A stretch of DNA of 64,000 nt, taken from NCBI GenBank assembly GCA_951406725.2, contig OX597818.1, positions 6,076,001 through 6,140,000 of the forward strand, written 5' to 3'. The number at the start of each line of letters is the position of its first letter. Position 1 is the first letter of the stretch. This stretch comes from Octopus vulgaris (taxonomy: Eukaryota). The notes beneath the pieces are model-generated. The model was given only the letters and a program-made list of their open reading frames with translations. It was not told the DNA's origin and made no database searches. This document shows positions 52,214 through 64,000 of this stretch, piece by piece. A program made the translations under genes and the position numbers.

Positions 52214-52273
52214 TTCTGACAGGTGTTTCGATTCATGAAATTAAAATCATTATAAGATGAATCTTTTCAGAGG
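52214..52273 (-). ncRNA. Degenerate type I hammerhead motif
   Basis: Minus strand CT-CTGAAAA-GATTCAT...ATGAATC-GAA-ACACCTGT-C-AG; C3/A8 mismatch. Confidence 0.55.
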
Positions 52274-54369
52274 TAGTACAGAGATAACGAATAGAAATAC
52301 ATGTTGAGATAACGGTTATAAACAGTTAATTGATAGCAAATACACAAACAGTTAACTGATAGCAAATACAAAAGAGCCGGTTATGGAAGATCTCAATCAA
52401 ACGTAGGGGGAGAAAGTAGCATATATTTTGTGTCTTAAAGAAAGAAAAGAAGATATTGATATAATATCATAGGGTACTAAGAAGGAGAAAAGGAAAAGAA
52501 AAAAGAAGAAAACGCATTTATATATAAATATATAATAGTGCCATGTAATGTCATACGTAGCTATTATACTACAATACAAAAAATATAAAGTTATGAAATT
52601 TAAATCAATTAGAAACAAAGCGTGGCAATTATATATTAACCAAATTATCAGTAAAGGATAAATAATTTCTATATAACAACAACAACAACAGCAATAATAA
52701 TAATAATAATAATAATGATGATGATGATGATGATTATGATGTTGCTGATGATGATGATGATGATGAAGATAATGAAAATAATAATAATAATAATTATTAT
52801 TATTTATGTTTATAATAATAATGAAATAAAATTTAATGTAGATAAATAGCAAGTCTAGAATAAGATAGAAACAGAAAAATATCAAAATACATAATGTATC
52901 CTTAAATCCCTTAAGAAAATTTATTTCAAACCTTTGAGATAAAAACAAACAATAATAATAAACTATTAGATAGGAAAAAAAAATTTCATTTCAGATATGC
53001 AGCTTTCCCTTAGGGGAACCGGAAGTAAATATGCTATGGAACATGCTTAAGGGGAGAAAAGAATTATTAAGAAAATAAACATTATTGAAGAGAAAGTACT
53101 TATATATAAAATAAATTGGAAATAAAATAAAAAAGAATAACATTGAATTACGTAAAATACCTTCATGTATAGCAGGGGTGTAGGGAAAAATATATATAAA
53201 GACAGCATAGGCGGAACAAATTTAAACAGGGGCATATCTGAAAATGTTGCAAACGAGGTGATCCAGAAGACTTGCATTCTAAGGAGAATATTGTCTCTTT
53301 TAGTCATAGGAGAAGGCACTGCTTGAAACCTTTGGCAATTTGTTATTGTGTGCTTTCAAGTAAAGCATAACCGGTAATAAAGAACTATCCGAGAGTCTTT
53401 CAAATTAACAATAACAATAATAATAATTTTTTAAGTAACGAGAAGATGGACTTGGTATTAATCTTTAATTTGCACAACAGTCATTTCAACCTATTATTCT
53501 ACTATCCCTCAAGGGTGGGACTCTTTTCAGTATGTTGCATCTCATCTGTTTTGCTGCCTAGGCCTCATCAGGTACATCTATACAGAAAGGATTTTTCTTG
53601 CAAAATATCTGTCATGGCTGTCATGTTGTTACATGTCCATCTGGTTAGGGAATGAAGCATCTCTATAATTTTCAATTACTATTATCTTTTTTCAATAAGA
53701 GTTGCAAACACTTGCAGATATAGACAAACAATAATTGATTAAAAAAGGTTCGTGGGAGAAGATAATGCATGTATAGTGATGAATTGAGTCACATTGGGTT
53801 TAAGACAGAGGAACAATGTTAGAAAAGAAGGGAGAGAAATATATGCAGGCTGTAATATCTAGGGGGCGAAAGGTTGTTTAGTTAGATAAGATGTGTACAC
53901 ACACATATGCACACACACTTCCACTCGCACACTGCTCCGTCCACACATTAATGAATATTAATGAATTATTCGCTACCGTATCTAACAACATTCAATCATA
54001 CTTAGATGATACTACCCTTCATTCCTCTCCATATATCTGAACTTTGAGTGTTTCATTCACAACCTACATATCGAAAACCAAATCGAACTTGGCTCCATGA
54101 ACAAAAACCATAAAATTATCATCCATGATTTCATGAAATCAGAAAAGCACCCCGCTTGAGCTCTCACAGTTGCTCCAAATATTGATCTTCTTATCACCGA
54201 AGATACCTCGCGGAAAAAGATATTCTTAATATAACCTAATAATCTAGGAGACGAAAATCGAAGAGGTTTGTGGTGCCCATATGTATTACCAGGTAAATAA
54301 CCATAGACTTATTGACAAATAATTATTGACATATTTCAAAATACCTGTGAGTTCTATTATACTGTGTTG

Positions 54370-54800
54370 CTCTCAAACATGAGAGGACGCTGCAGCCAAA
54401 GGCGCATCCAGCCAAAATCACAACTTGATATAATGTCACTCACAGTGATACTTCAGTTCCTAGTGCAGATATTTGCTGTCTTCTCTCTCCTTTTTCGACA
54501 GCTACTATTTTGGTTTATTCTCCACAAGGTTGGTTATTCTCATCCCATCTGTATTAAGGCTTTCCGCTTCCACTCGTCTCCCTATACATTACCCATTTTA
54601 TAACCAACGTCTCCTTATGACTTCAATTAATTGCTACACTCAGACCCTCCTTCCTCAAATCTTCGGACATCTAGTATTTCATTCATTATTCATATCATGT
54701 CTATGCTGCTAGTATTGATTTACACAGTTTCAATTTCACCGGCGTAAGAGCACATACAAATGTTAGAATCACACCACTCTCCATACGCAGTACATAAAAA
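54370..54800 (-). mobile_element. Decayed RTE-like LINE 3' remnant
   Basis: EVIRRRWL..G frame and surrounding layout resemble RTE C-terminus; heavily mutated. Confidence 0.4.
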
Positions 54801-56836
54801 CAAAGGTAGATTCACAGTATAGCACACATCTTGTTGTCTTGGGTTAGTTACATTCTACGTAAGAGAAGTATTGCAGAGTATATGTTCATTAGTTCAATAA
54901 ATATTTAGTGGAAGTGGTATTGATTACATGAATAATCTACTTAAATCTGCATAGATGAGTAACAAATAATACTGGAACATGCTCTGCATCTCTTCCTGCC
55001 TGTTACACTACCAACATTCTTAAGTTAATAGAGTGCCTCTTAGATTCAACAGAAACGTATAATTGCGTAAATTATCTAAAACAGTTTTAGACATCAAGTA
55101 CTCAAAAGGAATCGTATAGATATCCTACACTTTTATTTGTGTTGTTAATTATCAAGTAAAATAAAAATAAAAATGCATTAGCATACATTTTTAACATTAT
55201 TTCAATTACTTTTCAATGTAATATTCTATAGAATATAGAAGGTATACTTGCACATATGATTTAGGGGATTACCAAATTTCCAAAATTGATCGATAACATT
55301 CCTTTTTTTTCTTTTGAATCAAACTTCCCTCGTACGCCTTTTGTCAGCTAGGCTCCCTTTAAACCGCAGTTTACGAATAAACATCAAATCGAACATAAGG
55401 CAATGCTTTCCAGCTCTGCATTTGATGCTATAAAGGTCGTATCGATTACCATGAAAGAGTCCATTGACATAAAACAGAAATCAATATGAAATGTGTGAGG
55501 ATTGAGAGATTTAGGTAGATCTGAAGAAAAAGGAGTAAAAGAATGAACATCTAAGATGGAGAAATGCATAAGTTGTATGGAAATAAGAGAATAAACGTAG
55601 AGAATTCAGAGCAGCGTAATGTGTAAATGTTCAAGAGAGTTGTTATTTCTACTTGCTATTCAATATCATCAACACTAGAGTTCCTGCTAATGTTGAGTTG
55701 TCATCTAGTGACGTGCAAGCATATTCTTCTCGAGCTGTAATTTATTTCTATTTATGTTTGTTTAATCTTCCTTATTTGTTTAATTTCTCCATATTTCTTC
55801 TTGCTATGGAAACATTGGAATTTATCTGTAACAATCTCTACAATATTTGTATTTTGTTTTAACACAAATTGATACATGCAACAGCTCCTTTTAACAGATT
55901 AAAATAAATCGATTGATGCTTCTTATCAGAAATGTGCCCAGAGAAGAGATTTCACTTGACGAATAATTCCCTGTTCTTCACTTTGTATTCTACTACTTTG
56001 ATAAATTCCAACTTTTGTTTATTCAAGATTTTCATTCTTGACTACTTTAATTGGAATTGGAAGATCGATTCCTGCCAATATATTATGAAAGATTTAAGAT
56101 GGGGTAAAACTTGTTGCCAGGTTATGAGAGATGTAAAAACACGTAATCAATAGGTAAAACTTCAACATCAACCAACGGCTTAACTGATCAATTGACACAA
56201 AAATAACGATAAAAGCTTAACAGCATAGTAATTGACACAACCTACATTTCGATTAACGTAAGCTCGTTTATAAAGGAGGGAAACATAATCCAAATCAACT
56301 GTCAAGGACATTGATTATTTCGATAGATATCATTACTTTAACTTGTTGATATGCACAAATAAAATTACAGAGATAACGCATTTTATCGATGATCGATATC
56401 AATATGTATGAAAACGGATACGCGAGGAAATGTTATCACTCTGAAAAGCACATTGATAATGTTATGATTTTCCGGACTTCAGACTGGAGTCTGAGAGAAA
56501 CAATAAAGATCAAACAGCAATATCATGAAACAGATTTCATTTACCTTACTACATAATAAAGAGAAGCGAATGATTGTTCTATATATCACTAGCATAAATT
56601 CCTTATTCCGGTTTTTTTTTATATATGCAATTCTTGTCATACTATATAAATGTCATTTAAGGAAAAGCAGTTGGTCACACTCATTTATGGCGTTGGAATA
56701 ATACAAGCAGTTGATTTCTGTGGATTTTTGAGGGGCTTTCGCGGAGCAAATTCTTGTGAAATATTTTCAAAACAGAAGAGCTAAAAGGAGTACACGATTT
56801 AAAATAGACTCAATGTATTACTCTATTGCAAGAAAG

Positions 56837-56881
<45 letters not shown>

Positions 56882-56986
56882 TGAGATCGTGTGCTGAAAC
56901 GAAAACAATTGCAGCGTGGAAGGTGTTTATAAGCCATTTAAGAAACACACAAAAGCCGTTCGATTCACTTCAACATTTAAGCTTAA

Positions 56987-57036
56987 TTTGTCAAAATATT
57001 TTCGTCGCTAAAATCCGCGACCTGTTCACTCACAAA
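56987..57036 (-). ncRNA. Hammerhead-like motif, G3-C8 variant (left arm)
   Basis: Reverse complement of 57356-57405 with one stem I mismatch. Confidence 0.6.
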
Positions 57037-57355
57037 AATCCGTGCTGCATCTGAGAAAGTAACAGTTAGTTCGTCATATATGTGTACATATGTATGTGTG
57101 AATGTATGCATACACATATGTATGCATGTATGTATGTATGGATGTATGTATGGATGTACGTACATACGCCTGTGTATGCATGTATGTATGTATGTATGTA
57201 TGTATGTATGTATATATGTATGTATGTATGTATGTATGTGTGTGTATATGCACGCACATACACACTATAAACATAAAGCTATAAACCTGTAGTGATGGAT
57301 AGATGTACATATATATGACGAACTAACTGTTACTTTCTCAGATGCAGCACGGATT

Positions 57356-57405
57356 TTTGTCAGTGAACAGGTCGCGGATTTTAGCGACGAAAATATTTTG
57401 ACAAA
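57356..57405 (+). ncRNA. Hammerhead-like motif, G3-C8 variant (right arm)
   Basis: TTTGTCA-GTGAACA-G-GTCGC GGATTTTA GCGAC-GAA-AATATT-T-TGACAAA. Confidence 0.65.
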
Positions 57406-57485
57406 TTAGACTTAAATGTTGAAGTGAATCGAACGGCTTTTGTGTGTTTCTTTCTTAAATGGCTTACAAACACCTTCCACGCTGC

Positions 57486-57543
<58 letters not shown>

Positions 57544-57644
57544 CTATACGCTCACGAACACACACACACATATATATATATGTAGATAGATATGTATACG
57601 CTTACGTACGTATACATATATATATATATATATATATATATCGG

Positions 57645-57795
57645 GATTCTTTCGGTTTCCGTCTACCAAATCAGAAGGCTTTGGTCGACACGAGGCTATA
57701 ATAGAAGCCACTTCCCCAAGGTGCTAGTCAGTGGGACTGAACCCGGAGCCGTGCTTTGGGACGCAAGCTACTTACGACAAAGCCACGCCTGCGGT
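57645..57795 (-). mobile_element. tRNA-derived SINE 5' part
   Basis: Homologous to 38700-38860 (cagtgggactgaacccgga, gccacgcctgc). Confidence 0.8.
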
Positions 57796-58305
57796 TATGC
57801 TTCATTTGTTAATAGGAGTTACGAAATTGTTCATGTATTAGAAAAGGTATGAGATAGCATCTTCCAGAAATTCATCAGAGAAAGAATCAATTACTTATGT
57901 ATTGTATTATAACATAACATTATAACATAACATTATAACAATTGTATTATAACATTATAACATAACATGTGTGTGTGTGTGTGTGTGTGTGTGTAGAAAT
58001 TGATGGTACGTTGCCAATTTAATTGGGCAGTCCCATGAAAGGGAATAATGATACTGCTATTTAGCCCTATGAAATGCCGTTTCCTGTTGGGCATATATTT
58101 TTGAAAGAGGAGATAAGCACCTCCACCCAGCAAAGTCAGCATATACACATTAGTTTCTGAGTCATTGCTAATCATCAATCTGGAGTAGCATAGTTTGCCA
58201 TCTGTCGATGCTTATTCGCCTTTGGAAACATATAGATTTCAATTGAAATACATTCACTGATTTCGAAAATAAAAATCTCTGAGATTTAGAAATATAATAT
58301 TTCTG

Positions 58306-58522
<217 letters not shown>

Positions 58523-59069
58523 TATAATTTATTGAAACAGCAAAATAGAGCTGTGTTTCACTTTGCTACAATCTTTCGAATTTTAATTTGTTTTGTAAAA
58601 CAGATTATCTAAAATCTATGGTAAAACCAATATTGATATAATTAGAGCACACTAAGTGGTTGTTGTTCGTCTATATCTAATATTTCTTTGTTCTTATCTT
58701 CAAAAATATTCTCCATACCTCAGTTGGTAACCTTCCATCAATGTTATAAATTCTTGTTTTCTTTTCAGTTTGACTATATTGTTGTAACATTGCTGTGAAT
58801 ATTAGTTTCTTTCACGTAAGCTATGTGATGTCTTATCTATGTGAATGTTAGCATATCCATAGGAATGCTTCTCCATAGAATTCTTATAGTACACAGCGTC
58901 TCCACTTTCGTTGTGCACTTTGGTGATTGCTGTATATACATTGCAGTGCTTAGTGGAAACTGTTTTAAAAGAGTATAACTCATTATGATGCGACATGACA
59001 TTTCTGCCTCTCTACTTTACTACTTTAACTTTAAACCTTATGTCACTTTGTACTTTTCTAAATTTGCCG

Positions 59070-60080
59070 ACGAATTTACCTTTGGGTAAACATTGGTTTA
59101 CATCATTCCTTGGAATTTAATTATACAACCAGGAATTATTTTGACCTGTACTTTACATTTGATTTCAATTCAGATATATTTCGCGTCCGGAATAGGTTAT
59201 CTAAAGGAACATACCGAGAAATATGTACAGATGCACATAAACTTAGATGCAAATTCGAAGCATTATGTTTATATATTTCTTGTGTTCTTTTAATTGCATG
59301 TTCTCAATGGGAACATGCAAATCTTTAAACCTAAAAGTATGAGGCAGATTGAAAAGTAATTGTGCATAAAGCCCGATATCCGTTTTAAATCAGTATCTTC
59401 CGGTTATTTTAAAAGGTCTACAGTGAGATTAGCGTCCTTAGATGGTATCTAGGAAAATAATGTAATACCTAAGAGTCTCTCAACACAAGGATGAGAAATA
59501 ATTTTGCGAAGTCTGCTCTGCATGTTAGTGAAGAAGTTCAAGTATCTTGGAGTTGAATTATACGCTAGAACTGGGGCTACTGGTACAGAAATGCCCATCT
59601 CAAACATTCAATCCTCAAAAAGCACACTCTCCTCAGTTAAGATCATAAATGTTGGGTAATGAATGAGAGAGTATGACAGAGAAAAGAATCTCCTCAGGGA
59701 TCACTGCAAAAACAAGATAGTTGGATACTATCGAAAATATCAGTTACTCACGCTTAGGAATATAACCAGAAATTCTAATGACGCTTACTTCTGATAAACC
59801 GTATGGACGCTACCTCGGCGACCTTTCGAGGAATCATGAGCAGAAAAGACTATGGTTGTTATTTCAACAAGCCATGTTATCAAACCGCTGCCTCTCCGAT
59901 TTTGCCGCATGGTTAGACAAATACCCACGTTTAAGCATATAAACGGCTGAGTTCAAAAACATTTGCAACTGTGTTATAGTTGTGAGGTGAGTATTCTCAA
60001 AGCCAAGAGGTGGAGTGGGGAATTTTGACAAAATGAAATTTTGCAAAAAAGCAATTCTTTCAAAATCGCCGCCTCCTTAG
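59070..60080 (+). pseudogene. Unidentified decayed coding-like block
   Basis: Plus-strand frame EILMTLTSDKPYGRYLGDLSRNHEQKRLWLLFQQAMLSNRCLSDFAAWLDKYPRLSI*TAEFKNICNCVIVVR*VFSKPRGGVGNFDKMKFCKK. Confidence 0.3.
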
Positions 60081-61224
60081 TTGTCGAGAGAAAATTTTTA
60101 TAAAGTAAAAAAATTAAAACAAAACAAAACATATGCTTGTGTTTGGTATTTAGATAGGAAAAAGTTTGAAAAGTTTTTCTTTCTGCTATTTTTGTAAGGG
60201 CAGGGAAATCGTAAATTCCGTGTTCGAAAACAAAACAAATTAAAATTATAAAACAGCGATTCGTGCACAAATACAAATGATTAAGAATTAAGAATTAAAT
60301 ATACTTATTTTTCGATGCAACGGAATTTATCCTAAAATATATTTTCTCCCCTTTGCAGGTAAATTCACTACAGGCTAAAGATGTATTCAGTAGACTTGAC
60401 CCCTTTTCTAATATCATCCACAAAAACTTGTAGCAAATTGCCGCAGTAAAGTGAACGTGATCACGAGGGATAACCTATTATACAAGAGTAGCCAGAAATC
60501 CTTCTCTGTATCTGGTAAAAAACTACGAAAACGGCTATGCAGTAAGATATTCCTCTCTCCTCTACTCCCTTTTCTCTGCAGCTATTCAGTTATCAAGTTA
60601 GGATGAAACAAAAACACGAACCGAAATATAATTTAAAACTGTTTTAAAACTCTGAAATACTTTGTCTCTTTTTAATAATCCTCTGTTTATGAAACTTGTT
60701 GATACTAGTTTATTTAATTAGTCTTGGGTTATGTTGTGCTGAATACTCCAATTGAAGGAGGAAATGGGCCATACACGTCAATCGTTGACTTTAAGAGAAA
60801 AGAAACTTTAAGTACTTTCTTTTGTGAAGAAATAGAAAAAAATTAAGTAGAAACAATTAAATATATATATATTCAAAAACATAACAGAAATTAACCTAGA
60901 AAGCATGTTCTCTTTCACGGTAAATTCAACACAGAAAAACCATGCTTTAGTAAACGAGGTGTCTGATGCACCTTCAACAAGCCTGACCCAATGTCGTGTG
61001 CTTACATCAGTAATTTTTTCGGAACCTACTATTTTGTTTAAGCGTAAATATGTGCGCATGAGTATCACTCTCTCTTTCTCTCTACCTCTCTCTCTCTCTC
61101 TCTCAATATATCTATCTATCTCTATCTCCCAGGCTTTCTCTCTCTTTCTTTCTCTCTCTCTCCCTCTTACATACAGATATGTATTTCTATATATATTTGT
61201 ATATATTGATTATCTACTCTAGAC

Positions 61225-61330
61225 AGAGGGGTCCAATCGCGGCGTAATTTGAACTCAGAACGTAAAGACAACGAAATACCACTAAGCAATTCTCCCAGCG
61301 TGCTAACATTTCTGGCAGCACGTCGTCTTA
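61225..61330 (-). mobile_element. Partial SINE, family of 51895-52130
   Basis: atttgaactcagaacgtaa...cgaaataccactaagca is the reverse complement of that SINE head. Confidence 0.8.
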
Positions 61331-61349
61331 ATTATATATATATATATAT

Positions 61350-61636
61350 ATCACGTTACCGACCAAGCTATCAGATGTTGCTACACATCGCTGGTCACAA
61401 TGCGCTTCGCATTGTTTTAGCCTTCAAATGACGGCACTCCACTACCTAAGCGAGCAGGCCACCAGGAGAAAGAGCGAGAGAAAGTTATGGCGAAAGAATA
61501 CAGCGGGGATTGCCACCACCCCCTGCCAGAGCATCGTGGACCTTCAGGTGTTTTCGCTCAATAAACACTCACAACGCCCGGTCTGGGAATCGAAACCGCG
61601 GTCCGCTGCCCTAACCACTGGGCCATTGCGCCTCCC
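61350..61636 (-). mobile_element. tRNA-derived SINE, third family
   Basis: Minus strand ggaggcgcaatggcccagtggttaggg (A-box), ggtttcgattccc (B-box), non-tRNA body. Confidence 0.85.
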
Positions 61637-61639
61637 CCT

Positions 61640-61700
<61 letters not shown>

Positions 61701-61719
61701 AATGTGATCATCCCGGTAG

Positions 61720-62060
61720 ATTTTGATCAGTTGTCAGAAGACATGGTACTTACCGAGCAGAATCCTTCGTCAAGTGATATGCTAATGACATCATTGCTTA
61801 TTTGATTTATAGTCCATCGCCTGTTATTCATCCCCGTGTAGTGAACACGATCGGTGGTGGCAGCTGGAGGACATTCATATCTTGGGTAATTTTCAAGACA
61901 CTCCCTTCCCCTTCTGAATTCCATTTCTCCCTATAGCATTGTTGTACGTGGTGCCTCAACCACTAATGTAGCACCCATGCCATTATGAATCTCCCTGGGG
62001 TCTCAACCAATTTTGATGTAGGTACTTGATAATGCCACGAAGAGAAGTCACCACTAGTTA
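61720..62060 (-). mobile_element. Mariner N-terminal remnant
   Basis: EFRRGRECLENYPRYECPPAATT...MNNRRWTINQI. Confidence 0.7.
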
Positions 62061-62949
62061 CTTTTGAAGTCTAATTTTAATAGCCATCACACTATCATAG
62101 TCAGTCTATGCACATTAAGCCTACCATCGAATAATAAGGAACTTAAATAATTTCAATAGACAAGATCAGAAATCGCATAATTTATAACAAAAAAAAAAAC
62201 GGACAATAAATGGGATTTGTTTCTGTAACCAATGTTCATAATTATTGTCAATATTGTTATTAGATAATTTACGAAATAATCTACTACTTCATTATTATAA
62301 TAAATGTTTTGATGGATTATTATTAAAGCAACATAATTTATTACACAAATTTTAGCCACTCATTTGCTCAAATGCTCAGAAATAATAACTCGTTACAAAT
62401 CTTACGTTACTTTCCATGTACTTTTCAGTTTACAGCACCACGTACCCAGATAGTGAGATGTAAGCATTTCGGTGTGTATTTACACCATTTGTCAAGAGCG
62501 AGACATTTTCTCAGTGACAAAACACAGTGAATGGCTTTCTTACTGGTTCGAATATGCCCCAAGCATATTTGAACTGGTAATAACCTTCTATATATACAAA
62601 TATATTTGAGCAGCATAATATTTCGATACAGTTAGGACGCGTTTACGAGCTGACTTGCAAACTATATAGTTTACAATATACAGTAACCCTGGATTTAAGC
62701 TTTATCAGCCATATTATGGTTTGAGGGGTAATGCCATCATTCTGCATTTTTTAGCCTCTAAAATGATTCGGTATTTAGTAACTTCATACTAAATCCATGA
62801 AAAGTTGTTGGATTTTATTTGAATATCAAATGGTTAATTTCACAGTAACAAAACTTTTCTATTGTTTATGTATGCGGCTATCAACTTTACTCAGGTAATT
62901 AGAAATCTGTTAATATTTATATATATTTATATATGCATTTATATATATA

Positions 62950-63727
62950 ATTGTTAATAATAAATGTAAGCAAACATGTTCATCCACTTATTTTATAGAC
63001 CATATTATTCTGACCTACACGTGTTTCCACTACGCCGACTACTCATATTTGCAGATTCAACCTTGCATTATTATCGGTGCTGCTCCATCAGGATCCAGCT
63101 ATTTCATCATCCTCAAAGTGAGGTGGGTGAAGTAAATTTATGTTAGTGTTCTGCGGGAGGTTGAGGTTTTTTATTTGTAGGCATGAGCTCTTGACATCAA
63201 ATTCACACAAGTTTCTGTCCGAAGTTAGGGCTGGGTATAAAATAAGTCAACCTTGAGAGTAGTGTTCTTGTAAGGCTTCTTGTTCATTTTAATATTTTTC
63301 GCTTCATTTTTGATTTAAAGTGTATATATAAACAAACAGGACAACATCACTATAAGAATTACATTCAAACGTTAAAATAAGTAAACGCAACCATTAAAAT
63401 GAGCAAGAAGACTTACAAGAACACTACTATCAATCTTGACCAATTTTAAACCCAGCTCTAAATTCGGACAGCAACTTGTGTGAGTTTGAGGCCAATAACG
63501 CATACCTATGAATAACACCACTTTACCTCCCGCAGAACACTAACAAAAATTTGCTTCACTTAGTACACCTTGAGCATAACCAAAGATGCAGATAATAATG
63601 CAACGTTGCATCTGCAGCCATGAGCAGGTAATGCAGTGGAAACAAGTGTTGGTCATTATTAGATGTATAAACTTATAAAATGAATTTTGTGGATGAACAA
63701 ATCTCCATACTAATTATTATTAATAAG
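62950..63727. repeat. Long diverged inverted duplication (~330 bp arms, ~100 bp spacer)
   Basis: Colinear complementary blocks, e.g. gtagtgttcttgtaag/cttacaagaacactac, ttagtgttctgcgggaggt/acctcccgcagaacactaa, ttgcattattatc/gataataatgcaa, tgttcatccac/gtggatgaaca. Confidence 0.9.
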
Positions 63728-64000
63728 AATATACACTCCAGACAATTGTTACTGTCCAGCAAATTATATAAGCTATAACCCATCGGAAGATTTTTCACGG
63801 AGTGACTAGCAACAGATAGTAGTCACAAATGTTAAATATTGAGCGAAGTCGTTAGGCGTTAACTGGAACTTAACTGAGAGCCAATATGGTATCCACCCGG
63901 AGAGCATATCACTCCAAACTCAGTTTTATACTTACGCACACACACACATGCAACAATAACATTAATGCAGCAAAATTTCATTCCATGCTACACTATACGC

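Larger units (their letters stand above)
56907..57489. repeat. Young inverted-repeat element, ~183 bp arms around a (TGTA)n spacer, between (TA)n tracts
   Basis: 56907-57089 is a near-perfect reverse complement of 57303-57489. Confidence 0.92.

Noticed and set aside
53536-53577. Minus-strand CTGATGAGGCC...AAAACAGATGAG hammerhead-like string
   Set aside because: GAAA and the UH cleavage site are both missing
57901-57968. Short local tandem duplications (also 52320-52370)
   Set aside because: Ordinary slippage products
61575-61636. tRNA gene (also heads at 51898 and 38800-38860)
   Set aside because: A/B boxes present but no complete cloverleaf; continue into SINE bodies
62965-63292. TGA-only stops as evidence of a UGA=Trp genetic code
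   Set aside because: CGA to TGA decay or chance explains it; the paralogous arm and other blocks contain TAA and TAG stops

Overview
AT-rich, microsatellite-dense eukaryotic DNA with no intact host gene that I can support. The tRNA-derived SINE families and repeat landscape look like an octopus/coleoid cephalopod genome (inference from pattern recognition). Most of the window is decayed mobile DNA: a near full-length CR1-group LINE (42780-47415) with a second CR1 fragment nested in it, R4/Dong-like restriction-like-endonuclease LINE fragments in (TAA)n tracts, RTE, L1/Tx1-like, Helitron, mariner/Tc1 and Penelope remnants, and many SINEs. The most notable signal is a set of about ten minimal type I hammerhead ribozyme motifs, read by eye, whose core 3-8 pair covaries (C-G, U-A, G-C). 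They lie in tandem (retrozyme-like) or inverted-repeat modules next to (TA)n tracts. Also noted: several blocks of unidentified, stop-interrupted coding-like DNA on both strands (possible fossil large DNA element), a ~780 bp diverged fold-back, and a LINE/SINE pair sharing a 3' stem-loop. All calls were made by eye and boundaries of decayed elements are approximate.
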